Assembly (NCBI GenBank): GCA_964016885.1
Contig: OZ024743.1
Span: 124,062,001 to 124,126,000 of the forward strand
Direction: 5' to 3'
Length of the DNA: 64,000 nt
DNA from: Eledone cirrhosa
Lineage: Eukaryota
A program made the position numbers and the translations under genes. Below are positions 1 through 13,028 of the stretch, one piece after another. Positions within the stretch are counted from its first letter, which is position 1, and the number at the start of each line of letters is the position of its first letter. The notes below the pieces were generated by a model. It saw only the letters and a program-made list of their open reading frames with translations, was not told where the DNA came from and did no database searches.

Positions 1-360
1 CAAATATACACCCCAATCCACTACCCTCCCACTCCCACCAACACCACCCTCTCTCTATAAAGTTGGTACCACAACATCCAGTCCAAATAAATGAGATCGA
101 GATCGTGTAGGTGTCACGAGAAAAAAACACACAGTCCACGCTGTAATGTGGCCGTGTAGGTAACACAGTAAAAAGTTCCCAGTTCCACACTGTAAATGTG
201 GTTGGTGTTAGGAAGGCATCCAGCCGTAGAAAACCTGCCAGATAGTCCTATATGAGCGAGACATGGTCACCCGACCAACCTTGCCTCAAGTGGGACAACT
301 CCCGTCTAACCCATGCTAGCATGGAAAATGGACGTTAAACGAAGTTGATGATGATGATGA
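1..360 (+). mobile_element. 3' tail of RTE-LINE/SINE family (~45-bp internal repeats, (GAT)n tail)
   Basis: Ends ...ctaacccatgctagcatggaaaatggacgttaaac-(gat)n. The same tail recurs at ~520-835, 2950-3272, 6440-6711, 20605-20829, 21340-21737, 23220-23403, 23880-24190(-), 25092-25410(-). Confidence 0.8.
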
Positions 361-1019
361 CACACCATATATATATATATACACAGACACATACATTTCA
401 ATATATATTATTTATATCCTGTTTAACTGGCACTCCTGTTTTGTGACATAAACTTCTAAAAACGCTCTGAATGTTTATTGGAAATAGTACATAGCTTTTC
501 TTATGCATTTGCATAATAAAAGTGGTCGTATAAGTGTCACAACAAAACAGCACCCAGTTCACACTGTAGAGTGTTGTGTAGGTGTCACGATAAAAAGGCA
601 CCCAGTCCACACTGTAGAGTGGTCGTGTAGGCGCCACAGTAAAAAGGCATCCAGCACTCACTGTAAATGAGGTTGGTGTTAAGAAGGGCATCCAGCTGTA
701 GAAACCAAGCCAAAATCAGTTCTGTATGAGCAAGACATGGTCACTTGACCTAGCATTGCCCACAACAACCCATCTAACCAATGCTAGTGTGGAAGAATGG
801 ACGTAAAACGGTGAAGATGATGATGATGATGATGCCTTCATTAGCAGTTGTAGTATTGTAGTCAAAGTGGAAACAGACTGAAAGTTCAGAGAGCTGTTAT
901 CTTTACTTTGAACAAAGAGTGTCTCTCTCAGAATGAAGAACAAATTGTATGATGTTTGTGTTTCACATGCTATGTTGCATATAGTGGGTCTTGAATACAA
1001 AGGATTTCTGATTTGTGGG

Positions 1020-1345
1020 AAGAAATTTAGCATGCATGCTCTTTTGGATGTGTATTGTTATTGAACATGAACAATGGTGTATGAGTGAATTGAAAGCAAA
1101 GCTGAGTATAAGAGGAATCTGATGTGGTGTGCAGGAGAGATGACTGTGCTGGTATGGGAATGTGATGTGTATGGAGTGAGTGAAAGTTGTATAAAGAAGT
1201 GCTGTGTATGGAACCTGTGGAAGAGGGAGTCCAAGAAAGACATAGGATGAAGTTGTGAAGAAGCATCTCGAGAAACTGAAACTCACAAAGGAGATGACAC
1301 AGGACTGTGTTGACTGGTGACTTGCTATGCTAGAAAAGATCTACC
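1020..1345 (+). mobile_element. RTE-clade LINE 3' ORF fragment (decayed)
   Basis: Degenerate coding for LGIRGI..VQERRLRWYGHV...GRP.KTW.EVV..DL..L.LT.EMTQD, homologous to copies at 2450-2780 and 20260-20570. Confidence 0.7.
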
Positions 1346-1499
1346 CACCAGTACAAGCACTGTTACACTAAAAGTAAATGTGTTGAAGATGGAGATAGAG
1401 ATCAAAGATTTAATCACAACCTTCTCTTCTATGACCTTGCTATGATACCCCCTACAACATGCTGACTGATTTAGGAGGAAGTAGGATGTTTGATCCCTC

Positions 1500-1960
1500 T
1501 GCCTCTATCCAATTTGTCCCCTACCCTTCTTCTTCTTCCCCCACTTATTCCTGAGACGGTCATGGGGGAAGAGTCCTCAAACACTCCCTCCAGCAGGTCC
1601 TGTCAGAAGCAACCATCTTTAACTGATCCGGCTGGATCCCCAAAGGAGACCAGCTAAGATCATGGATGTTATCCAACCATCTTCCTCGGGGTCTTTTCCT
1701 GGGTCTCCTGATGGCTGGTTTTGCCCGTAAAATCTGTCCAGCAACTCTTTCCTGAAATGTTCTAACCACATGCCCATAGTATCGTAGCTGTGATCTCTCA
1801 ATTCAGAGAAGTAGTGACTCTACCTGGAGTGAATCTCTGATCTCTGAGCTACGCAGTCTATCAAGTAACGTTACTCCAAAGACCCTTCGGAGGAACCCCA
1901 TTACAGTCACTTGTATTTGCGATCGATTCTTTCAGGAATTACCCAAGATTCATGACCCAC
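1500..1960 (-). mobile_element. RTE LINE 3' fragment
   Basis: Minus ORF MVRTFQERVAGQILRAKP..RRPRKRPRGRWLDNI is an RTE C-terminus; homologous to 8600-8870. Confidence 0.75.
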
Positions 1961-1969
1961 CACTATTAT

Positions 1970-3272
1970 ATATCTTAACTTGGCAAAGGCTAAATTCCTA
2001 AAAATAGATGGGAAAACAGGGCCCAGATCTCCTCGGGAAAATGGCCCTGCTCAGTGTGCAGAAAGGGAGTAGGTAGAAATTCCACTCTATGTCACAAAAA
2101 CAAGCAATGGGTACACAAGAGATGTAGTGGGATCTCAGGCAGGCTAACAAAGAATGTAGGTTTTAAATGTAGCAACAGCCCTCAGCATACAATCACCTTC
2201 AAATGCCCAGAGGGCTCAATAGAAGTGGCAGATAGTTTCTGTTACCTGGGTGACCAAATTAGCAGTAGTGGAGGGTGATCTGAAAGCACAGTAACCAGAG
2301 TGAGATCGGGTTGGAGAAAGTTCAGGGAGCGACTACTGCTGCTAACTTCAAAAGGTTTTTCCCTCAATGAAAGGCAGACTGTATGATGCATGTATACAAC
2401 AACAATGCTGCACAGTAGCAAGACCTGGGCACTGTGTGCTGAGGACCTATGAAGATTGGAAAGAAATGAAGCCTCCATGCTACAATGGATGTGCAATAGC
2501 AATATACGTGAATGGCAAAGCAAAAACATACTGCATGAGAAATTAGGCATAAAAGGGATCAGGTGTTGGGTGCAGGAAAGGAGATTGCGTTGGTATAGAC
2601 ATGTGATGCATATGAAGGATGACAGCTGTATAAAAAGGTGGAGAGTGCTCAAAGTTGTTAGTAGCCATGGAGTGGGCAGGCTTAGGAAGACTTGGGATAA
2701 GGTAATAAAACCTGACCCTCACCAAGGCAATGGCACAGGACCGCAACTGCTGGTGCTATTCAGTACTACAGAAGACCCGCCCTTCCATATGCTTGAGCTG
2801 AGGCATACATCTTATCGGCAACACCTTCCTCTACCATCTTCCCTCCCATCCACCTCCTTATTACCTATATCCTCAATTTCCCCAAGCCTCTTCCCCCACT
2901 CTCCCTAGTTTCCATCCCACACCATGAAGTGGTCACCCCGGAGCCTTGACAAAAGTGCCCAGTCCTCACTGTATAGTGGTCATGTACGTGTCAAGACAAA
3001 AGTACCCAGTCCACACTGTAAAGTGGTCGGGTTGGTGACATGACAAAAAGTGCCCAGTCTATGCTGTAAAGTGGTCATGTAGGTGTCACCAGCACACACT
3101 GTAAATTTGGTTGGCGCTAGGAAGAGCATCCAGCTCTAGAAACCAAATCAAAATCAGCTCTGTGTGAGTGAAACACAGTCCTCTGACCTGATCGCTCCCA
3201 AAGGGACAGCCTGTCTTACCCATGCTAGTGTGGAAAATGGACGTTAAATGATAACCATGATGATGATGATGA
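1970..3272 (+). mobile_element. RTE LINE 3' part with PHD-like Zn finger remnant, thumb region and 3' tail
   Basis: CRKGVGRNS..WVHKRCSGI, EVADSFCYLGD, QERRLRWY.HVM motifs, followed by the shared tail ending in (gat)n. Confidence 0.85.
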
Positions 3273-4249
3273 ATTTCTAACTTCAATTTCTGAAAACTTA
3301 TTCATAGAAAAAAATAATAACAGATGATTTCTAGCTATCATTTTACCTCTAGCTTCAACCATGAGACAATGCTAATATTTCCAACAATTTTTACCTTTAA
3401 CTTCTGAACATTTACACATAGAGAGAAAACTGCTATTTCACCTCTGGCTTATTTGGCCATGAGGTAATGTCACTATTTCTGATATGATAAAGAATCTTGT
3501 GCTGATTTATTGATGAACCTGTCAACATAAACATTGTCAGGACTTCTAAGTCATTTTGAATTATAAATAGTATTTTTACTATCACTGTTATCATTATTGC
3601 TGTTATCATTATTACCTTATCACTACCAACAGTAGTGTTGATACACTACTGTTCTCTCTTGCCTTTATCATCACCTGTCATCTGAGATTAGATCTGACTA
3701 TATTGACATCATGATACACTTTGCTAACATTACACTATCATTTCTGCTTATCATCACCCATTATGAGTTGATTTCCATTATTTGTGGCTAAAATTCAGTA
3801 AGAACACTCCTCACTACAATGAGACTCTTAACCAGCTTCTCTCATTCTCTCTTCTCTCTGATACTCGCCATTTATTCTCTCCACCCTTATTGGTATCCTT
3901 CCCCAGTCATTTGCTTTCTGTTACCATCCTATCACTCTGTTCCCTACACTATTAAGACTCAAATCATAACCTTTTTTAACTCTTAGTCATCACTGTCTTT
4001 CAGTCACTCCCTCTTATAGAATGGAGGCTACAGAGAGTGGAAAGGTCTCTCCAGTTTATTTATCAAATGTGAACTTGTTTCCAATTTATACACACATATA
4101 CTGTCACATGACTTTGAGTCAATTTATTTTATACACATGACAGCATTGTATTGATATGCAAATCAGTAAAATAAGCACTTGCAAGTTATATCGTTTTTTA
4201 AACCCTTTTGATAACAAAACACCTCTGTAATGTTGGTGCCATGATAAAA

Positions 4250-4468
4250 TGGTTTCTTATATAGGCACAAGGCCAACAATTTTGGGGGAGGGGAAAGTCG
4301 ATTAAAGCGACCCCAGTGCATGACTGGTACTTTATTTTATCGACCCCGTCGATGAAAGGAAAAGTTAACCTCGGCGGGATTTGAACTCAGATTATAAAGG
4401 GCCGTAACTCTATGCTGCAAAGTATGGCGTCCAACCCTCTACTGATACTGCCAATCCACTGCCCTTAG
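4250..4468 (-). mobile_element. tRNA-derived SINE (family B)
   Basis: On -: ggattggcagtatcagtagag...ctgagttcaaatcccgccgagg (A/B boxes)...gtcgataaaataaagtaccag. Copies at 12440-12635(-), 13596-13730, 26686-26870, 26876-27070, 30090-30225(-), 36868-36966, 45945-46120. Confidence 0.8.
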
Positions 4469-4815
4469 GTGCCATGATAAAATGCACTGTAAAATGATTG
4501 ATGAAAGTACCATAACAATGTAGGGTAGAGAAGACTGTTTAGACTAGTTAAGGACCTGATAACTCCTCTAGTGCTGACATCATAATATAATTCACCCAGT
4601 ACACTTAATGAATTGATTGGTGTTAGCAAGGGTATTCAGCCATAGAAACCATGCTAAAATCTGGAACATATAAACATGATGTAGATTCTGACCTCTCTCT
4701 CGGAGGACAGTGACTCTGAATAAGAATAAATTGTGAATAAGTTGATATGGTTAGGTCTGATAAAATACATTCGGGCCTGATTGTGTAAATATACCTTGTG
4801 GTTAAACAGCATGGC

Positions 4816-4853
4816 TCTCTCTCTCTCTCTCGCTCTCTCTCTCTCTCACTCAC

Positions 4854-4906
<53 letters not shown>
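4816..4906. repeat. (CT)n microsatellite
   Basis: Directly visible. Confidence 0.95.
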
Positions 4907-4910
<4 letters not shown>

Positions 4911-6269
4911 GGGATGAACCTGAGAAAGGTTTGACAAGTTTCAGCTGGTTATTATTTTATCATGAGTGTTTACTTGTGTTGGTCCTACATAGGGCAGATT
5001 GTTGTTTAACACCAAAGTCTATTTGCACACAGAGGGTGAATTTTATCAAATGGACATATGTAAACTTATTTCCAATTTATACATAAAACACTGTAACATG
5101 ACAGAAAACCAGTAAAATTAGCACTAGTTATTTATAACATTTTCATCCTTTTGATACCAAACCAGTTAAAATTTCCCTTGATTTATGATACAAAGCTGCT
5201 TATTTTGAAATGTTTATCCTTACATTAAATCCTTCCAGCAGAATTTTAGTTTTGAAATTATTGTTGAGTAATGCTCTAAATATCAGCTTACTAAAGAACT
5301 TTTTGCTTATTTTCAAAACTAGCATTTTTTTCCATATGCTCACACGTATGTGTATATGTGTGTGCATGTGTATATGTGCAAATGCATACATTTATATGTA
5401 TGAGTATATAAATATAAACACGCAAACACAGACACACTTACAAAAATATACACTCACAGACATACATTCACACAAACACACACACATACATTTGTACAAA
5501 CACACACATACACATACACTCACAAACAGCGTAGTTTTTTCACCATTTCCTTCCTTCCATTTACACACACATACATTTCCGCAGGCAGCAGACGTAATAA
5601 GAAAGAAGTAGTATGTGGCAGACAAATTACTCCTCTTTCTTCATGTTTTGTGACTGGATCGCAGAAATTTATATATAGATTAATTGAAACACATAGGCAA
5701 TGTATTTTATTAAAAATATAGTAATAAAAGGGTTAAATAAGCAGCTGTAAGCTGCTTCCATTCTTTTCTTAAGAACAGCTTGACTAGCGTACTGCAACCA
5801 GTTGGGAAATAATTTTCCAATTTTTCTTGGACAAATTACCAATTATCATAACAACACACTGAAATACCAATGCAAAAATCAAAATATATTTATGCAAACT
5901 TCAAAAAGGCTCATCCAAAAATCCTATCTCACAAGCTGACATAAAAAAATATACCACCTCAATTACATACCAGAAATAGCCAGTCTAATATAAACCAGAA
6001 ACAGACAATCTAAAGTACAATACACTAACACAACACACAGTGGATATAAAACTCATCACAAAAGTGAACAATAACTAATTAGAGAAATAACAACTGTATA
6101 TATCTATTCATAACTTCATCCATAACAACCTTCCTAGAGCTTGTGTCCCAATAAAATACATTCAAGAGAGCCTCCAGTTCCCCTTTTGAGTACAAACTCT
6201 GTCTGTGAAGACCCATCTAGCCTTTTCAAGATGATGATGATAACGATGTTGCAGTTTATGTACCGTGAA

Positions 6270-6711
6270 GGTACATGGCTTAGTGGTTAGAGCATTGGGC
6301 TTGCAATCGAAAGGTTGTGAGTTCAATTCTCGGACCGGGTGATGTGTTGTTTCTTTGAGCAAGACACTTTATTTCACATTGCTCCAGTTTACTCAGCTGT
6401 AGAAATGAGATGATAGGACTAGGGGTCCCTATTATTCCACTGCAAAGTGGTGGTGCCACGGCAAAAAAGCACCCAGCCCACACTGTAAAGTGGTCGTGTA
6501 GGCGCCACGGAAAAAAAAGCACCCGGCACTCACTGTAAATGAGGTTGGTGTTAGGAAGGGTATCCAGCTGTAGAAATAAAGCCAGAATCAGTTCCCGTAT
6601 GAGCAATTAAAGGTCAGCCGACCGGACACTGCCCACAACAGGACAACCCGTCTAACCCATGCTAGCGTGGAAGAACAGACGTAAAACAGTGATGATGATG
6701 ATGATGATGAT
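6270..6711 (+). mobile_element. Full-length tRNA-derived SINE (family A) with RTE-derived 3' tail
   Basis: Head ggtacatggcttagtggttagagc...gttcaattctc (A and B boxes, TGC anticodon-like loop), core ttgagcaagacactttatttcacattgctccag, then the same tail as the RTE LINEs and (gat)n. A 5'-truncated copy lies at 48683-48995. Confidence 0.85.
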
Positions 6712-6964
6712 TTCCTGGCACCGAAGATACTTCGTCCCCAAGGATGCACCCTAATTTTGACAACCAAAACATTGAAAAAAAATAATAAACAACATTTGGC
6801 CTCCAGGACGCATTGTAGATTTTTTAGACTTATTTTAGGAAAAAAGTAGCATCTTCGATGCCGGGAAATACAGTAATTGCTCTGAATATGTTTATGTATT
6901 ATTTTACAGCCTTTATTATGTCTTCTTTATGTGTTATGTATGTGTGGAAATGTTGTACGCAACT

Positions 6965-7673
6965 CCTAGTATTTTATCTGCTGTGTGCATATGATATATT
7001 TTTGAAGACCTCTGATGTTGCTGGTAAGAAGTAAGACAGTGGAGCTGGCAAATACTTCGAGTGAGGTTTAACAGCTGAAGTAGAAACTGTTGCACTGAAC
7101 AATCTCCAATCTGTCTCAACTTCCTCAGTTTGCTCAGGGAGTTCCCTGAATTTGGATGCAATAGTATCTGCATACCTGGTATTGATTTCCTTATCTACCA
7201 ACACTTCGCACTTTATCCTGTATGTTACTCTGAGCCTGCCGCTTTTGTGGGCTTCTTTGGCTTTAGGTAGACTCAAGTTGCAGATAACTAAAAAGTGATC
7301 AGTTGACAGCTCAGCTCCTCTCTTAACACAAACATCTGGCACAGAATCAAAGAGATCAGAGACAATAACCGAATCAATTATTGATCTCTGTCCCTGATTC
7401 CCCTTATACCATGTATATTTATGGATGTCTCTGTGCTGGAAGAAGGTGTTCATAATAGAGAGTCCATTGCTAGAACAGAAATCTAACAAGCCTTCTCCAT
7501 TCATATTTAGATCAGGATGGCTATTCCTTCCAATTACTTCTTTCCATGTGCATTGACATCTCGAATCAAGATATATGACCCAGTCATATATCACTGCAAT
7601 GATGTCATCAAGGAAGGACCTGTATTCAGACTCCTTGTTTGGTGCATAAACTTGCACCACCCACAGCAATAAC
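6965..7673 (-). mobile_element. RTE LINE AP-endonuclease segment (inverted)
   Basis: QVYAP, NGEGLLDFC, MNTFFQH, YTW, SIID, STDH motifs. Confidence 0.9.
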
Positions 7674-8875
7674 AATCAGGAGTGATAATCCCATTTTCAA
7701 AAAGGGAGACAAGAAAGATTTTTCCAATTACAGAGGGATCTCTTTGTTAATCCTCCCTGATGAAGTCTATGCTAAATGTCTGGCAAAGAGATGCAGGGTA
7801 TTGTGGAGTCCAAGCTAGCTGATGAACAGTGTAGTTTTCACCCCAGAAGCAGCACAGCCGACTAAATATTTACACTGCAGCAGAAATCATGGGAATATTG
7901 CCAAGAGGTATATTTTTATTTTGTAGATCTTAAAAAGGCATATGACCGCATTCCTTGGGATCTGCTGTGGAAGGTTCTGCAGGAGTATGGGATAGAGAGT
8001 CAGCTTCTTGTTGCCCTGATGTCTCTATACAAATGCTCGAGTATTTGTGTTCGGATAGATGGTGCTAAATCGAAACCATTCTATGTGGGATTCGGACTCC
8101 TCCAAGATTCATACTTTCACCTCTCCTGTTCATTATTTTTATGAACAGGATTGACATGTGCAGCCGGGTTGGAAGTGCTATCATGACTGGCGGGTGTAAA
8201 ATCAGTCGGCTGGAATTTGCAGACTACATGGTGGTACTTAGCTCATCTGAAGGTGATCTCCAATTTGCACTTGATAGTTTTGATGCTGAGTGCTGCATGG
8301 CTGGAATCAAAATCAGTGCTGCGAAAACTGAGACACTCGTCCTCTCAAGAAAGCCTGCGCAGTGCACTCTACATGTAAATGGAGTTTCCACTGAAGCAGG
8401 TAGAGAAGTTCAAGTATCTTGGGGCTGTGTTCACAAGTGATGGAGGCAGTAGGTTGAATTAAGTGCAAGAATTGAAGGAGCTGGTGCAGTAATGCGCCAG
8501 CTTCTGCATTCAGTAATCAGAAAAAAGGAGGTGGGTGTAGAAGCCAAATTTGATATCTTCAATTCCATATTCGGTCCAACCCTTACCTATGGTCATGAAT
8601 TTTGGGTAATGACTGAAAGAATATGTTCAGAAATACAAGTGGCCAAAATGGGATTGCTCCGAAGGTCTTTCAAGTAATGTTACTTGATAGAGTGTGTAGC
8701 TCAGAGATCAAAGTGTCATTCCAGGTAGAGCCGCTACTTCTCCAAATTGAGAGATCACAGTTCTGATACTATGAGCATGTGGTTAGAATGTCTCAGGAAA
8801 GAATCGCTAGGCAGATTTTATGAGCAAAACCAATCGGCAGGAGACCCAAGAGTAGACACTGAGCCAGATCAAGAA
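7674..8875 (+). mobile_element. RTE LINE reverse transcriptase segment (decayed)
   Basis: VIIP..KKGD..NYRGISL, FVDLKKAYD, LSPLLF, LEFADY (YADD-like), FKYLG, PTLTYGHEFW, with frameshifts. Confidence 0.9.
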
Positions 8876-9539
8876 GAAGGGTCAAGAATTGCTAAATCTT
8901 TAACCAGTTGATGTACACTATTAATTTGACTAGCTAAAACTTACAGCTATGTCACAAACATTTTATTAATTAGCCTGGTAAGTATGTTATTTACATGTAC
9001 TTTCAGCTATAAACGTTCAATTAGTAGCTTTCAATGGTGACTTCATTAATAGTTAGTTTCACTTCACCATTAATTAGCTTGTGGACAGGAAATTAAAACA
9101 ACTATTTCATCATCTCAACACAAATAATCTAGAATGGAGTTATGATAAGAAGCCTAGAAAATTATTCAGACACAATAACAATTTCATTCATGTATTGTTT
9201 ATGAAATGAATGACTTACAGTTTGCCAATTGTTTCTGTTCCAGATCTTGTCCTTCCCAACTTATGGACTTTAAACCAGTCTGTACATTTATCAACATTTT
9301 TATGAATGATTACCTCCTCTCTCATTATAGTTTTTGGCAGAAATAGTAGAATACGGAATTAAATACTGAAGGAGGGGGGGGGACATGCATACACACACTT
9401 CCATAAACACATACACACACACACATACATACATAATGGCTGCAACTCGATTTCGTGTGATGCCAACACTTGATACTTAAGCATGAGCATCATGGACGTG
9501 GCTTCCTAGTCCTGCTAGGGACCTGCCTATGGCTGGTAC

Positions 9540-12032
9540 CCTTGAGACTGTGATAGGAAAACTCCAAGATAAGAAAACACCAGGAAGAGACATGATTGTC
9601 GCCTACTGGTACAAAAACTGATATTCTATCGGAGGTATCTTACCGACCTCTACCAACAAGTTCTTAAGGGAGATACACTTATACCAGAATGGTTGACATT
9701 AGCACAAACATTACTGGTCCCCAAGAACAAAGACACCCATCTGGCAAAAAACTACCGACCTATTGTATGCCAGAACCTGATGTATAAGATGTATACAGCC
9801 TGCCTGAACCTATTCCTCCAAGATCACTGTGAAAATAATAACATCATCACAGATGAACAAGCAGCTGGAAAGAAAGGGGTTTGGGGATGTGCTGAACAAC
9901 TTCTAATCAACAAAACTGTGATGTCGGAGGTGCGACAACTTAGGAGGAATATGGCTACAGTCTGGCTGGACTACAAGAAAGCTTTCGATTCTGTTCCCCA
10001 CTTTTGGATGATACAGGCCCTCCAACTTGCTAAAGTCCCAGACATTATTGTCAGAGCCATAGAGAGGCTGTCTTCTTCTTGGGCTACTATCCTAAGGTTA
10101 AAGACAGAGAGGGAGGACTCACTGATAAAATAAAATATTGCAGGGGTATATTTCAGGGGGACAGTCTCTCTGTGATATTATTCATCTTGTCATTAAACCC
10201 CTTGTCCTTTCTACTCAAGAAATGTGAGGGATATATCATTGGCTCACAGGAGGATAGAAATACAAACCTAACCCATAATTTCTTTGTGAATGATCTGAAA
10301 CTCTATGCCAAGAACATGGATGGGATGAAGAAAAATCTTGACCTGGTTACAACATTCTCAAAGGATATAGGAATGGAGTTTGGCCAAGATAAATGCTTAT
10401 ATATGACTGTAAAGCGGGGAAAAGCAACAACCCAATCTAGCAACATTTGGATCAATGACCTAACTGTTTCACCAATATCTGATGAGGACTGCTACAGATA
10501 CCTGGGGATAGATGAGAACATATCCTATAATGGTATCTGTAATAAGGAACGCGTAACCAAGGAATACTACACCCGATTAAGAAAGATCTGGTCATCGGAA
10601 CTCTCTGGCTCACAATGTGTTTGCTGTGCCTGTCCTAACACCAACGTTTGGAATACTCAATTGGACGATAGATGAAATCCGAGCAGTTGATGTTGGAATT
10701 CGAAAAATACTGAACAACACCGGAAACTTCCACATCAACAGTGACATAGACCGCCTTTACTTGAAACGTAAGCAGGGAGGCAAGGGCCTAACATCAGTCC
10801 AGACAGCATTTGAATTTCGTATCATATCCCTCTGACAACATCTACGAACCTGAAAGCGTAGGAGCCCGTTTCTCGAGCAAGTCTATCTGCATGAAACAGA
10901 TAAGATCATGAGAGTTGGGAAGGAACTCTTCGAGAGGTATTCCCTGTGTGATAATCAAAAACTCACACCCAGGGAAGTCACTCAGTAGTATCGCAGTGAA
11001 TCCATGGATGAAAAACTGAATGCTTATCTGCAAAAAATCATGATTGGATATGTTGCCAGGAAGCACCAGAGTGAGAGTAATATAGATAAGGAAAGTAGTC
11101 TATCCTGGACCAACAACCGCTATATTGCCTCTCACTTTGAAGGATACGCTTTTGCAATCCAAGAACAGGAAACCAACACGAAATACCTGATTCACAAAAG
11201 AGATAGGGATGCAGGCAAAACACCTAGATGTAATAACAAGTGCAGACTCTGTAGAATTAACATTGAAGATGTCATCCATGTCATAAGCAGCTGTCCAAAG
11301 ATGTCATCGCGGAACTATCTACATATGAGGCATGGTGTAGTGGCCAAAACACTGTACAATGCAATCCGTAGAAAAGATAACCCCGATAATAAACACATTA
11401 AAAGCTACAGCAATGTGGAAGACAAACATATACATAATATGAAAGAGTACTGGTAGAATGTTCCAGTAAACAACCCAATAAAATCCTGGCATAACAGACC
11501 AGATATTATGATATGGGACAGGGAAAAGAAGGCATGCACAGTAGTGGAAGTTAGCTGTCCAGCAGATGCTAATATAATATCAAAGATTAGCGAAAAGGAG
11601 GATATTTATGCAGAACTGATGAGAAATCTGCAGAAACTCCACTCTGATTATACCTTCAGATTTATGCCTGTGATTATTGGGGCACTGGGATATGTTAGTA
11701 ACTGCCTCAATACAAATCTTGAAAAGCTGGGCTTCACAGGAACAGAAAGAACACAACTAGTTAGGAAATTACAAGTACAATCCATTAATGGAACAGTAAA
11801 AATAAGTAAAACATTCCAAAAATTTTGCATCTAATAACTGCATATACACATGCACACATACAACTCAAGACATCCACATCCACACATACAATAACATCTA
11901 TATCTACACATGCATGTATGCAGACATATCTACCTAGTTGATGTTGCGTAAATTCCAATAACAGAGTCTTGTATCTATGTTAGAAACCGACTCTCTCTAT
12001 TGGCAAAAATATGTGAAATTATAAAACCAGAA
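9540..12032 (+). mobile_element. R4/Dong-like non-LTR retrotransposon (RT + CCHC + restriction-like endonuclease), 5'-truncated, decayed
   Basis: NYRPI, WLDYKKAFDSVPH, RGIFQGDSLS, FFVNDLKLY, YRYLGI, CRLC..EDVIHVISSC, RPD..WD..VVEVSCP. The 3' end abuts (catac/taca)n. Confidence 0.9.
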
Positions 12033-12135
12033 CATACATACATATATACATACATACATACACACATATATATACATACACACACATTATATATATATAT
12101 TTATATATGGAGGCACCATAGCTACCATTATACAC

Positions 12136-12173
<38 letters not shown>

Positions 12174-12178
<5 letters not shown>

Positions 12179-12298
12179 AGTTAATATAAATTAATATATG
12201 ATAAACACTAATATAATCATATAAGTGGTCATTTACAATACAAACACTTATATGATTATATTAGTGTTTATCATATATTAATTTATATTAACTTGTAT
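12174..12298. repeat. Perfect ~54-bp inverted repeat with 17-nt spacer
   Basis: atacaagttaatataaattaatatatgataaacactaatataatcatataagtg followed by its exact reverse complement. Confidence 0.9.
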
Positions 12299-12649
12299 TT
12301 CACGGCTCAGAAATGCTTCTTTCTTTGAGCTAATTAATTGTAAAAGACTGTTTGAGTTTATAACTCTATATATAGTATATATATATATATATATATAGAA
12401 TAAGGAAAAGCGAAGTAGTTTCAGATGTTCAAGTCCTTTAATAATAATTGTTTCTACTTTAGGCACAATGCCAGCAATTACCCAGTTCATTACTGGTACT
12501 TTATTTTATCGACCCCGTAAGGATGAAAGGCAAAGTCAACCTCGGCGGGATTTGAACTCAAATCGTAAAGGGACGTAACTACGCTGGAAAGAATGGCGTC
12601 CGACCCTCTACCGATACTGCCAATCCACCGCCAATCCTTTAATAATAAT

Positions 12650-12723
12650 GCTGTGATATATATTTCAATGACGACACTGGCCACACTGTTCTGTGTGCGA
12701 GTGCCGTGACATCATCAGACAGC
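12650..12723 (-). ncRNA. Minimal type-I hammerhead ribozyme
   Basis: Minus strand: GCTGT-CTGATGA-[tgtcacggcact...agtgtcgtcatt, stem II]-GAAA-TATATA-TC-ACAGC. Stem I GCTGT/ACAGC is perfect; stem III is palindromic; cleavage triplet AUC. Confidence 0.8.
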
Positions 12724-12973
12724 TTGTTACATAATAAGGTTATGTTTCCGAGGCAATCCAAATTGAATCGACATGGGAACGGATGAAGTGTGTGCTTTTG
12801 AGTTCTTCATCCGTTCCCCTGTGAGTACCAATTCACCCCCCACCGGTCTGCGCAGGCGCATGTCCGAAGGAAGTTGACCATTAGCTACCGCAGATTTCAA
12901 CGAAATTCACTTAGTCAGTTCATCCTCTCAGCCAAACAATGGCCCACCTAGGCCTGTACCATAGTTTACTGCT

Positions 12974-13028
12974 ACCCATCCCGACTGTGGCAGTCAGCCG
13001 TCGGCTGACTGCCACAGTCGGGATGGGT
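12974..13028. repeat. Perfect 27-bp GC-rich palindrome, 1-nt spacer
   Basis: acccatcccgactgtggcagtcagccg-t-cggctgactgccacagtcgggatgggt. Confidence 0.95.

Noticed and set aside
500-680. ~45-bp repeats as a CRISPR-like array
   Set aside because: The units are contiguous without unique spacers, are part of a retroposon tail, and have no cas genes in a eukaryotic context.
4623-5625. ORFs such as MSERERE.. and HTHTH..
   Set aside because: They are translations of CT/CA/TA microsatellites; the same applies to the YIYIY ORFs at 12000, 13368, 24021 and 36501.
6270-6340. tRNA-Ala(TGC)-like sequence as a tRNA gene
   Set aside because: The acceptor stem does not pair and the sequence runs into a SINE core and tail; it is a SINE head.
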